A DNA stretch of 28,117 nucleotides from an uncultured Methanosarcinales archaeon. GTDB lineage: Archaea > Nanobdellota > Nanobdellia > Woesearchaeales > JAGVZT01. The first letter of the stretch is position 1. Each line of letters begins with the position of its first letter. Location of the stretch: positions 1-28,117 of the forward strand of contig CAYQPU010000023.1 of assembly GCA_964419615.1 (NCBI GenBank), in the 5' to 3' direction. The position numbers and the translations under genes are program-made. The notes under the pieces were generated by a model that saw only the letters and a list, made by a program, of their open reading frames with translations, searched no databases and was not told the DNA's origin. This document shows, piece by piece, positions 15,244-23,671 of the stretch.

Positions 15244-15939
15244 TTACTTACTTTTTTTTGGTTTTGGTATCTCATTCACGATCTCTTCAAATGTACTTTG
15301 TGTATGTGCTGCATCCATTTGCTTTGCCAGTTTGGCAAAGATTTTTCTCATATCAGCCAGTTCCAAAGTCTCATCCTTGACAAGTTTGGCAACTTGTCTT
15401 TTTGCATGCCTTGCTTTTTGTTTTTGATGTCTTAAATTTCTAGTCAATGCTTGAGCTCTATCAAGCTGATCCTTAATATACTTAAGATAGTAGTCCATAA
15501 CTTGAATTCTTGGACTATTTTTTTGGATTTCAGCCTGTTTTTCTGTAATCATCTGTGAAAGCTCACTTCTTAATTCATTCATTCTCGTAGAAATATCTAC
15601 AACATCTACGCCAGGACCAGCTGCTAGTTTAGCTCCACCTTTTAGTTTGTTTCCAAGTCTTTTTGAAGCGTTTAGAACATGTCCCATCTTTTGGGAGAAC
15701 AAATTCCAAGTTTGTTTACTTCCCAAGACACCCCATGTCCCACCTCGTACGATCCAATCAGTTGCTAAATTCTTATTGTCATGAGCTATCCTCATTCCTT
15801 TGATTAACCTACCTTCAACTTGTCTTAATTCTTTAAGACTTATTTTGTCTGCATTTACCTGACCCATGTATCTGATTTCTTCATCAACTATTCCTGCTAT
15901 TTTTCTTTTTGCCCAAGGTGTAACACCAACTTTTGCCAT
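15244..15939 (-). CDS. Hypothetical basic coiled-coil protein
   Basis: 231-aa Lys/Arg-rich ORF with heptad-like C-terminal half. It starts immediately after the upstream stop. Confidence 0.75.
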   Translation of the reverse strand: MAKVGVTPWAKRKIAGIVDEEIRYMGQVNADKISLKELRQVEGRLIKGMRIAHDNKNLATDWIVRGGTWGVLGSKQTWNLFSQKMGHVLNASKRLGNKLKGGAKLAAGPGVDVVDISTRMNELRSELSQMITEKQAEIQKNSPRIQVMDYYLKYIKDQLDRAQALTRNLRHQKQKARHAKRQVAKLVKDETLELADMRKIFAKLAKQMDAAHTQSTFEEIVNEIPKPKKSK

Positions 15940-16191
15940 TTATGCCACCACCTTACGAGCTTCTGCAGTCAACTTATCAACTGCCCTAGCAATGCCAAGA
16001 CTATGTTTTTTTATTGCTTTAACACCTTCACTTCCGTTCAAAGCTTGAGCATACATTAATGAAAATTCTAAAAATGTCTTTGTTGCATGTTCAAGTTCAA
16101 GTAGCTCATGTTCAGTAATTTTTTTAACAGAAACAGTTTTCTTTGTTTTAATTGGTTTTTTTCTTTTAGTAGGTACCTTCTTTTTTGCCAT
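15940..16191 (-). CDS. Small basic hypothetical protein
   Basis: Lys-rich N-terminal tail (MAKKKVPTKRKKPIKTKK) plus a helical domain. AGAGAGG RBS-like element upstream. Confidence 0.7.
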   Translation of the reverse strand: MAKKKVPTKRKKPIKTKKTVSVKKITEHELLELEHATKTFLEFSLMYAQALNGSEGVKAIKKHSLGIARAVDKLTAEARKVVA

Positions 16192-16226
16192 ATAACATTA
16201 CCTCTCTAATTATTATAAAGATTAAA

Positions 16227-16270
16227 ATAAATTTTACTATATAAATTTTACTATATATATATTTTACTAC
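16227..16270. repeat. Short tandem repeat ATAAATTTTACTAT x2 plus a degenerate third copy
   Basis: Copies at 16227-16240 and 16241-16254 are identical; 16255-16270 is a variant. Lies in the promoter region of 15940-16191. Confidence 0.7.
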
Positions 16271-16278
16271 AATCTAGC

Positions 16279-16983
16279 TTATATTTTCCTTTTTATTGTT
16301 TCAACTACTTGATTGGAATCAACAAGATATACATTTGATAATTTCTCTGCTATAATCTCATCATAATTAGTAATCTCATTTTTTATTAGAATAATGTGTG
16401 TATTTTCATTAACTATTTCACCTTCTATCTCCCAATTCCTAAGTGTTTCAGCAACATAGAATCCAGCATACTTACATTGTGCTTGCATATATATCCATGT
16501 TTTTGTCTGAACATCTATTGAATCCCATTGTTCTTCAGTTAAACCAGACAGAGTTTTGGTAACCTCCACTGCACCAATCTCTTCAATTCTATTTAATTGA
16601 GAACTTATGTAATCAGGCCACTCAAAAATTACACCTGTTTTTTCAAAATAAGGCGCCATTGCATGTATTATTACAACTGATTTTGCCAACATTTGGGTTG
16701 TGATTGGAAAGTGAGATTCATCATGTAAAATGGGATGTATATTGCCAGAAAAAACATCATAAGGGTAAACAAGCTCTGATGCATCACTTAGATCACTTAA
16801 TCTTGGCATCCAACCTTTATACATTATTACTAAATCCCATTTATTTGTAAAAAGTTCATTTAAACTGGTTACATTGTCGGAAAATGTGAGTTCATCTTCT
16901 GAGAAACAGTCAAATATCTTTTGATTAATTGGATCTTCTTCTCCTTGAAAAAAATTTCCAAAATATATTTTTTTCCCAGACAT
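16279..16983 (-). CDS. Hypothetical protein with receiver (CheY-like)-type pattern and a large insertion
   Basis: KIYFG / ELTFSDNVTSLNELF / KWDLVIMY ... AGFYVAETLR / THIILIK / VYLVDS / VVETIKRKI follows the receiver beta/alpha order. Confidence 0.45.
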   Translation of the reverse strand: MSGKKIYFGNFFQGEEDPINQKIFDCFSEDELTFSDNVTSLNELFTNKWDLVIMYKGWMPRLSDLSDASELVYPYDVFSGNIHPILHDESHFPITTQMLAKSVVIIHAMAPYFEKTGVIFEWPDYISSQLNRIEEIGAVEVTKTLSGLTEEQWDSIDVQTKTWIYMQAQCKYAGFYVAETLRNWEIEGEIVNENTHIILIKNEITNYDEIIAEKLSNVYLVDSNQVVETIKRKI

Positions 16984-17139
16984 TGTAATTAATATATATG
17001 GAATTTGAAGCCAAATATAAATGTTACCATTAAATGGTACTCATATTTGAGAATCAAGGGTCATATTGAGATTATTTTACTACCCCTAAGTACTAATCAT
17101 GCAAAACATTTAAATATCAGTAATTATGGCTTATATTTT

Positions 17140-17946
17140 ATGACCAACTTATTCACGGCAATTGAGCAGACTGTTTCACAAGCTGAAGATTTGTTTAGTC
17201 AGCAGAAGTATTGCGAAACCCAAACCCAATTAGAAACAGTTTGGACACTAACTGGGGCTTTAGATTTATCAGATGTAGATCTTTCTTCACCATTTGGAAT
17301 TCTTATGAATCAAGCTCAACAATTAAAAGATGCTGCAAGTAGTTTTTGTGTGAATTCAAAGCGAGATAGATTTGCATTATGGGCTAGATGGGATTTTGCA
17401 CATGGTGATTATGAATCAGCTGTTTTGAATGCAAATGTTGCAATTACTTTTTCAAGAAAGATTGGTGATGAACAATCTGATGAGATAATTGTTTCTTTGA
17501 CAAATTTAATTGAAACTGTAGAAGTTAAACCATTTGAGGATAAAATGCATTTTTATTTGGATATTGCATTGGAACATATGCAAGAAAAAAGATACCAGAG
17601 TGCAATTAATGCATACAATGTAGCAAAAGGATTTGCCTTAAGACTTGATAATGAGCATACTCCAGTTATTGTTGATTATGTAGATCAATCAGTGTTAAAA
17701 GCAAGAAGACAGCAAACACATGATTGGGTTAAAGAGTGGTTCTCCAATGCTGAAACTTATTGGGAGTTTAGTCATTTGGATGTTGGAGAAAAAATTCAAA
17801 GATCACAAGCTTGCTTAAGACAAGCAGTTAAACTTGCTGAAGCTTCATACATGCCTGAAGGTTATCATAGAAATATTGAATTCTTTGCTGGTCAATCTGA
17901 TGGCTGCCATAAATTACATACTGAGACTGTTAATGGTTTGAATTGA
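17140..17946 (+). CDS. TPR/SNAP-like alpha-helical repeat protein
   Basis: Repeats such as AEDLFSQQKYCE, HGDYESAVLNANVA and QEKRYQSAINAYNVAKGFA. ATG 17140 lies about 24 nt after TTTAAATA. Confidence 0.6.
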   Translation: MTNLFTAIEQTVSQAEDLFSQQKYCETQTQLETVWTLTGALDLSDVDLSSPFGILMNQAQQLKDAASSFCVNSKRDRFALWARWDFAHGDYESAVLNANVAITFSRKIGDEQSDEIIVSLTNLIETVEVKPFEDKMHFYLDIALEHMQEKRYQSAINAYNVAKGFALRLDNEHTPVIVDYVDQSVLKARRQQTHDWVKEWFSNAETYWEFSHLDVGEKIQRSQACLRQAVKLAEASYMPEGYHRNIEFFAGQSDGCHKLHTETVNGLN

Positions 17947-17998
17947 ATTTTTTGACTTTCCTACCAAAAGATTTATATATCAAATTATATTATTTAAC

Positions 17999-18010
17999 TA
18001 TCAACTGATA
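17999..18010. promoter_or_regulatory. Candidate autoregulatory operator TATCA-AC-TGATA
   Basis: Palindrome between the TATA box (about 17971-17978) and the ATG of the wHTH antitoxin. TATCA half-sites repeat at about 17978 and 18019. Confidence 0.4.
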
Positions 18011-18026
18011 CTAATAATATATCAAA

Positions 18027-18314
18027 ATGGGAAAATCCAAGCTACAAACCAAAAATCAAGATTCTATTAGATACCCAAACTTAAAAACAGTTCTTATGGT
18101 AGAAAATTTTCTAAATAAAAACAGAGACTTTCCGGTAAAAGTTGCAGAACTTAAAAAAAGCCTGCCAAAACAAGTAATGCATCAGACACTGATGGTGGTT
18201 TTGGAATATTTGTTTAACAGTGGAAAGATTATTTATGGTCCAAAGGGAGTACAGTGGATTTATTCTAAGCCAGAGCATCTAAAGATGATGATGGAAAACA
18301 GTGTCGAACTGTAA
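18027..18314 (+). CDS. Winged-HTH protein, putative antitoxin
   Basis: RYPNLKTVLMVENFL...ELKKSLPKQVMHQTL...LEYL..SGKI...GVQWI is a small wHTH. Lies directly upstream of a RelE-like gene. Confidence 0.65.
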   Translation: MGKSKLQTKNQDSIRYPNLKTVLMVENFLNKNRDFPVKVAELKKSLPKQVMHQTLMVVLEYLFNSGKIIYGPKGVQWIYSKPEHLKMMMENSVEL

Positions 18315-18316
18315 AG

Positions 18317-18667
18317 ATGTATCTTGGTAAAAAAGTTAGAGTTTTTCTAAAAGATCAAGCTAAAGAGTGCTATAGCAAACTGAATAGATTATCAACTAAG
18401 GAAAAAAGAATAATTACAAAGTCAATTGATAGAACCATCAACATTCTTAAGTCAAATCCACAATTTGGAAATCCCCTATCTAAAAACTTAATTCCAGAGG
18501 TGTTTGTAACACATGGGATTCAAAATTTGTATAGAGTTAAATTATCAAATTATTGGAGATTGTTGTACACGATTGAGAGTGATGGAAAAAATATTTTTAT
18601 TTTTATTGTACTTATTTGTAATCACAAAGATTATAACAAGTTTATGGGCTATAAAAGTAAGTCTTAA
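18317..18667 (+). CDS. RelE/ParE-family toxin (mRNA interferase-like)
   Basis: Basic protein with NPQFGNPL, LYRVKLSNYWRLLYTI and H.DY motifs. Confidence 0.75.
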   Translation: MYLGKKVRVFLKDQAKECYSKLNRLSTKEKRIITKSIDRTINILKSNPQFGNPLSKNLIPEVFVTHGIQNLYRVKLSNYWRLLYTIESDGKNIFIFIVLICNHKDYNKFMGYKSKS

Positions 18668-18692
18668 ATAATATGGAATAATACTATTGAGT

Positions 18693-19655
18693 ATGACTCA
18701 AAACATCTATGGAATAGGCAATCCAATCGTTGACATCCTTGTCAGAGTTGAAGATTCTTTACTTAATGAATTAAATCTTCCAAAAGGGATTATGAGTTTG
18801 GTTGACCAGGAAAAACAGAGTGCTATTAAAAGTTCTATTAGATTGCTTGATAAAACAGTTATGCCTGGTGGAAGTTGTTGTAATACTATGATTGGAATTT
18901 CTAATCTTGGAGGGGAATCTACTTTTCAAGGTGTGGTTGGTTTTGATGATTACTCAAAAATTTTTGAGGAGAAACTTAGCCAGTTTGGAGTTTTATCACA
19001 TTTGGTTAAGAATAAAGGAGATACTGGTTCAAGTGTTATTTTAGTTACTCCCGATGGTGAAAGGACTATGAATACTCATCTTGGTGTGTGTGGTTTGCTG
19101 GCAAGAGAACACATTCTTAAAAAAAGTATTGCACAAAGCAAGATCCTTCATACAACAGCCTATGCTCTAGACACTTTTCCAGATGCAACTAGGTATGCAA
19201 TAGATATTGCTAAGCAGAACAATGTTTTGGTTAGTTTTGATGTTGCTGATCCTTTTTTAGTTAAACATCAAAGAGATATTGTTAAAGAGATTGTTAAGCA
19301 ATCTGATATTGTTTTTTTAAATAAAGAAGAAACCAAATTATTCACTAATAAAGATCCTATTGATGCAATTAAACAGATCTCGAAGCTATGTCCAAATGTT
19401 GTTGTTAAATTGGGAGCAGACGGATGTTTAGTTGGCGAAAATGGAAATGTTCTAAGAATTAAAGGATTCCAAGTTAAAACAGTTGACACAACTGGTGCGG
19501 GAGATATGTTTGCTGCTGGTTATTTATTTGGGATAGTTAATGGTTATTCTAAAAAAAGATCTGCAAAGATAGGGAATTTTGTGGCATCAAGAGTTGTTGA
19601 GAATATGGGAGCAAGACTTAATTATTCTTTAAAAGAATTAGTTAAAGATCTCTGA
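18693..19655 (+). CDS. PfkB-family sugar/nucleoside (adenosine-like) kinase
   Basis: GIGNPIVD, PGGSCCNT, GERTMNTHLG, VFLNKEE and DTTGAGDMFAAG (PfkB signature). Confidence 0.92.
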   Translation: MTQNIYGIGNPIVDILVRVEDSLLNELNLPKGIMSLVDQEKQSAIKSSIRLLDKTVMPGGSCCNTMIGISNLGGESTFQGVVGFDDYSKIFEEKLSQFGVLSHLVKNKGDTGSSVILVTPDGERTMNTHLGVCGLLAREHILKKSIAQSKILHTTAYALDTFPDATRYAIDIAKQNNVLVSFDVADPFLVKHQRDIVKEIVKQSDIVFLNKEETKLFTNKDPIDAIKQISKLCPNVVVKLGADGCLVGENGNVLRIKGFQVKTVDTTGAGDMFAAGYLFGIVNGYSKKRSAKIGNFVASRVVENMGARLNYSLKELVKDL

Positions 19656-20136
19656 CTGCAAGTATAGTTGACATTGCTTTTATATGATATTCACTTTCTA
19701 GTCCAAGTTCATCCCAAGGTCCATCATAATAATCTGATTCCCTTATGTATTTCATAATTGCAATATTTCCCTTGACACTCGGTGGAATTGAATCATCCAG
19801 AGTTATATTATGAGCATAGAAATTCCTTATATTTTTCATAGCACAAGTATTAGTTCTAAGGTGTCTGGTTTTGTCAAATGCACCATAAACTTCCATCTGA
19901 TTAATTTTGTGTGAGAATGGATCACAATAATTTACGCTATCAATGAATTTGTTCATAAAAAACTCCAGCCATTGGTAAGCATAAATGGAAAGAGTTCTAA
20001 GACTGTCAGATTCATTAAAGGACATTGTAAGAGCCATTACTAACCAATCATCTTCTGTTTGAGGTAGATCTCCTGAATAATCCATTACTGCTTGAAATCC
20101 CCATATTTCAATAGGACTACCATTCATAATACCCAT
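19642..20136 (-). CDS. Hypothetical protein with HEPN-like RNxxAH motif
   Basis: AYQWLEFFMNKFI helix and KNIRNFYAHN (Rx4H). Confidence 0.5.
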   Translation of the reverse strand: MGIMNGSPIEIWGFQAVMDYSGDLPQTEDDWLVMALTMSFNESDSLRTLSIYAYQWLEFFMNKFIDSVNYCDPFSHKINQMEVYGAFDKTRHLRTNTCAMKNIRNFYAHNITLDDSIPPSVKGNIAIMKYIRESDYYDGPWDELGLESEYHIKAMSTILAVRDL

Positions 20137-20168
20137 ATATTATGGGAAATCCAATTAGATTTAATAAT

Positions 20169-20363
20169 TTATTTGCTGTGGACTTCTATGAATTTTTCAA
20201 AGCTTCTGTCATAGCTTTTTTCTGCATCATCAGGAAAACAACAAGCTGGAAGCTGATTATTCTTTAGATGGTATTGTAAACATTCACAGCATTTACCTTT
20301 TCTTGGACATCCTGGATAAGAACAGTTGCAAAATTCCATGTTTTTTTGTGTATCGCATTTCAT
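20169..20363 (-). CDS. Small Cys-rich protein (DUF6485-like)
   Basis: CNCSYPGCPRKGKCCECLQYH...LPACCF pattern. Confidence 0.75.
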   Translation of the reverse strand: MKCDTQKNMEFCNCSYPGCPRKGKCCECLQYHLKNNQLPACCFPDDAEKSYDRSFEKFIEVHSK

Positions 20364-20472
20364 AAGATATTTAGAAGACTAAGGGTTTTAAAAACTTTTT
20401 CTTATATTATTTTGAAAGATTTTCGAATCAAATAGGAATACATAAATAGTTGTATTAAGTATTAAATATTTC

Positions 20473-20727
20473 ATGAATAGAATTTATGTTCCCAGTGATT
20501 CAATTGATAAATTATTTGAATATTTTGAAAATAAAAATATTAAGTTGACAACAGACACAGGAGAGAGTACTGATTTTCATAAAGCCAGAGAAGCGCACTT
20601 TAACAGAGGTAATCTTGACTTGGCTTTACTCTACCCTACATTAGGAAGACCTCAAGATTATCTAGTCTTAGGTGAAAAAGGAGATTATGAATGTGTTCTT
20701 AAGGATATTAGTGCCTTGGTTCAATAA
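20473..20727 (+). CDS. Small hypothetical protein
   Basis: 84-aa ORF with an AT-rich promoter-like region upstream. Confidence 0.55.
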   Translation: MNRIYVPSDSIDKLFEYFENKNIKLTTDTGESTDFHKAREAHFNRGNLDLALLYPTLGRPQDYLVLGEKGDYECVLKDISALVQ

Positions 20728-20780
20728 ATTTTTTAACATATTCCAAAAAGAATATATATTATTCCTGTTTTCTAATTAAT

Positions 20781-21323
20781 ATGATTACTGATTTAAAGGA
20801 AATTAAGAAACTTCGAAGAAAGCTTGGTTTGACTCAATCACAACTATCAAAGCAAGCTGGAGTATCCCAAAGCTTGATTGCTAAGATAGAATCAGGTAAA
20901 ATTCAGCCTACTTTTCAGAATGTAACAAAGATCTCATATGCACTTGATTTAGCTGGAGAAGAAGTTGTAAAGCTTGAAGACATTATGGTTAAAACAGTAA
21001 TTTCATGCAAGTTTAATGAGCCTGTTTCAGATATAATTAAGGTTATGAGGAAACATGGTATATCTCAGTTGCCAGTTTACAAGAATAATAAGATTATTGG
21101 ACTGATTTCAGAGTCTACTATTCTTGATAAAGTTGTTGAGAATATATCCAACTTAAAGGCAATAGATGTTATGGTTGAAGCTCCACCTATTGTTAATTAT
21201 AAAACACAGATTAAAGTTGTTTCTCAGTTATTAAAGAATTTCTCAATAGTTTTGGTTTCTAAGAGAGGAGAAATTGTTGGTTTAGTTTCAAAGTATGATA
21301 TTATTGGAGTTGCATCAGCTTAG
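20781..21323 (+). CDS. XRE-HTH plus CBS-pair transcriptional regulator (COG3620-type)
   Basis: IKKLRRKLGLTQSQLSKQAGVSQSLIAKIESGKIQP followed by two CBS repeats (MRKHGISQLPV, IVGLVSKYDII). Confidence 0.92.
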   Translation: MITDLKEIKKLRRKLGLTQSQLSKQAGVSQSLIAKIESGKIQPTFQNVTKISYALDLAGEEVVKLEDIMVKTVISCKFNEPVSDIIKVMRKHGISQLPVYKNNKIIGLISESTILDKVVENISNLKAIDVMVEAPPIVNYKTQIKVVSQLLKNFSIVLVSKRGEIVGLVSKYDIIGVASA

Positions 21324-22014
21324 ATACTCTGCCAAAGTTATATATTTTGTCACCTATTACATAGACTCTGAATTTATCAAAGCTGTTAATAAATGGTGTT
21401 ATTGGTTTTGTTTGCAGTATGTCTGTTCCAAGTGATACAAAATTAGTTGATGGCAGAACAATAAGTTTTTTGTTTTTGTACTTTCCAACTAGAAAACATT
21501 TGAATAACTCAGATCTTGTTCCTTCTCTTATGCTTATTGCAGGATGCTGGTGACCAATTATTATTGTATTAATCGTATTAAGATCAAGTTCGGGAATTTT
21601 ATTTCCGTGTGTTATTAGTATGTCATCAATTATTAAGTTATCAACAACCTCAACATTTCTTTTTTTAGCAATTGGTCCTAAGATTGTGTCATGATTACCT
21701 TTTACTAAAACAACTTTTTGTGAGTTCTGTAACATAAGATCAAGTATTTTTAATGTGTCTCTCCATTCTTGTTCTGATATCTTTCCAAATTCATGTTTTA
21801 GGTCACCATTGACAATTATTGTTTCGGGATTTGTTTGTTTGAATATTTTTGTCAGATGTTTGAATAGATCCTTTAGTTGGAATCTTGGCACAAGAATACC
21901 TTCTTTGTTTAGTGCTTCTTCATAACCAATGTGAAGATCTGCAAGGACTAGTGTCTTATGTTTTATTAAATGAACAGCTGTTCCCACTAATTCTATGCCT
22001 TCTTTTAGTTTCAT
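21301..22014 (-). CDS. Calcineurin-like metallophosphoesterase (archaeal SbcD/Mre11-related)
   Basis: ADLHIG, GDLKHEF, GNHD, THG and GHQHP motifs. Confidence 0.9.
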   Translation of the reverse strand: MKLKEGIELVGTAVHLIKHKTLVLADLHIGYEEALNKEGILVPRFQLKDLFKHLTKIFKQTNPETIIVNGDLKHEFGKISEQEWRDTLKILDLMLQNSQKVVLVKGNHDTILGPIAKKRNVEVVDNLIIDDILITHGNKIPELDLNTINTIIIGHQHPAISIREGTRSELFKCFLVGKYKNKKLIVLPSTNFVSLGTDILQTKPITPFINSFDKFRVYVIGDKIYNFGRVSKLMQLQ

Positions 22015-22057
22015 TTGTATAAGTGATTTGACTTTATATTAAATTATTTTCATTTTT

Positions 22058-22197
22058 GCAGTTCATCCAACGATATGCCCGACGTGACTGACTAACTGTT
22101 CGGCTTAACAACCACAGGAAACAAAGCCTTTACTCCCAAGACAAGGTGGGCAACAAGTTAAATTCTTCACGAGGAATTGATTTGATGGAAGTTCTGC
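22058..22197. ncRNA. Candidate structured non-coding RNA
   Basis: About 45% GC by manual count, with several CG dinucleotides in an AT-rich genome. Helices GCAG/CTGC (termini), TGCCCG/TGGGCA, GGCTT/AAGCC and AATTCTT-CACG-AGGAATT (22161-22178). TTTATA at 22033-22038 is about 20 nt upstream. Confidence 0.5.
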
Positions 22198-22231
22198 AAG
22201 AATGATAATTAAAACCAAACTAAGAGTAAAT

Positions 22232-22405
22232 TTACTTAGGTATTATACCAAATCTTTCAAGTGAAAACCAAATAGAAGTTCCAAGCATGAACAAAACTAA
22301 GAAACCAATCTTGAATGTAAATGCATGATGAAATATCCAAACACCAAGGAGCTTTACACCTAAGTAGATTAATACAATATCTTTGACTAATCCTCTAATT
22401 CCCAT
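22232..22405 (-). CDS. Small two-TM membrane protein (57 aa, below the ORF-track cutoff)
   Basis: MGIRGLVKDIVLIYLGVKLLGVWIFHHAFTFKIGFLVLFMLGTSIWFSLERFGIIPK*. Its start overlaps the tpiA stop by 11 nt. Confidence 0.65.
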   Translation of the reverse strand: MGIRGLVKDIVLIYLGVKLLGVWIFHHAFTFKIGFLVLFMLGTSIWFSLERFGIIPK

Positions 22406-23069
22406 TTTTTATTCCTCTAGCTAATTCAAGTAAGATTTCAGCTGGATCTTCAGCTTTAACTACATGTGATGCAACTAGTACTCCAACTGCTCCAAGTTTT
22501 ATTGCTACGGCAACATCTTTACAATCTTTAACACCTGCACCACATAAAACTGGAACCGAATTGACTGAGTTTACTTTGTCTATTGTGTCTGTGATCATCT
22601 CAGGCTTTGCTGTACTTACACTTATTTCTCCACCTATTAATTCAGGTGGTTCTATTGCAATGTAATCTGGAGAAAATTCAGCTACTTTTGCTGCAAGTTC
22701 TGGTGATGGCGTGCAAACAATAGTTGTTAATCCAACTTGTTTTGCTCTTTTTATTGCCTCGCTTATCATAACAACATCAGTTCGATCTTCTGAATGATTT
22801 ATCAAAGTTCCAGATGCCCCATTTTGTTTTAGGGCTTCTGCTAAATTATGACCTGTGTGTGCACCAAATTGTGTTGGATCAAGATGTTCAGAGAAAACCG
22901 GAATAGAAACATTTGATGATATGTTTTTTATTTCAACTTCTTGTACTGTAACAATAATCTTGGTGTTTGTGTTATTTGCCACTTCTTCACAGATTTTAGC
23001 TAATTTAACACCTTCTTCTCCTATTGTGTGTTTGTAGGTTTTGAAATTTATGATTATTATTGGTTTCAT
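22395..23069 (-). CDS. tpiA: Triosephosphate isomerase (archaeal type)
   Basis: INFKTY, EHLD, LINHSE, AIEPPELIG, LCGAGV and VLVASHVVKA motifs. Short archaeal length. Confidence 0.96.
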   Translation of the reverse strand: MKPIIIINFKTYKHTIGEEGVKLAKICEEVANNTNTKIIVTVQEVEIKNISSNVSIPVFSEHLDPTQFGAHTGHNLAEALKQNGASGTLINHSEDRTDVVMISEAIKRAKQVGLTTIVCTPSPELAAKVAEFSPDYIAIEPPELIGGEISVSTAKPEMITDTIDKVNSVNSVPVLCGAGVKDCKDVAVAIKLGAVGVLVASHVVKAEDPAEILLELARGIKNGN

Positions 23070-23101
23070 AATCTGATTAATCTAAAAGGGGTATTTATAT
23101 T

Positions 23102-23512
23102 TTATTGATTACACTGATATATTTTATTATACATATCAACATCCCCATGGAATATTTTATGTAGTTTTTCTTTACATTTATCCAATAATACCCAATCATA
23201 TTCTGAGTGTTCAATACTCAAAGTGATTTTTGTTGTTATTGGTTTAGCAAAAAATATTATTAGTGTTACAATGTTTCCATCAGAATGAGTAAAATGATGT
23301 ACATTGATTGGGTGTATGATATCAACACCTATACCCATCTCTTCCATTATTTCTCTTTTTAGTCCTTCAAATGGATTCTCACCTGGATCAAGTCTTCCAC
23401 CAGGAAGCTCCCAAATATTGGATTCATGAACTTCATCTGGAGCTCTTTTAATAATTAGGAGTTTATTTTTATCAATAATTAGTGCCTTTGCAGCAAGGTT
23501 TGAGTTTACCAT
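23102..23512 (-). CDS. NUDIX hydrolase
   Basis: WELPGGRLDPGENPFEGLKREIMEEMG Nudix box. Confidence 0.93.
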   Translation of the reverse strand: MVNSNLAAKALIIDKNKLLIIKRAPDEVHESNIWELPGGRLDPGENPFEGLKREIMEEMGIGVDIIHPINVHHFTHSDGNIVTLIIFFAKPITTKITLSIEHSEYDWVLLDKCKEKLHKIFHGDVDMYNKIYQCNQ

Positions 23513-23671
23513 ATGAAATGTTTTTAATTTTCTGCTTAATAAATTTGTGATAGATTGTTTTATTAATTCTATAAGTTTAAATAAATTCTTAGATTTATAT
23601 TGTATATATTTTATATATCGAAAAGTTTAAATAGGTGTTATCGATAATATATTTTACTTAGGAGGAAAAAA

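Noticed and set aside
16227-16270. CRISPR array or other spacer-repeat locus
   Set aside because: 14-bp contiguous AT-rich repeats without spacers; no cas genes. No CRISPR array was seen anywhere in the window.
17022-17100. Small palindromes (TACCA-TTAAA-TGGTA; TCATATT(T)GAGA x2) between divergent genes
   Set aside because: Short and AT-rich, compatible with chance or ordinary operators; insufficient evidence for a discrete element.
22160-22180. HDV-like or hammerhead ribozyme core (TTCACG / TTCCTCGT; CTGAC..GAAA)
   Set aside because: Required P1/P2 pairings and the CUGANGA core could not be built.
22099-22230. Cys-rich minus-strand ORF (...TCCPPCLGSKGFVSCGC*)
   Set aside because: No ATG or RBS; the Cys/Pro richness is explained by the GC-rich structured element on the opposite strand.
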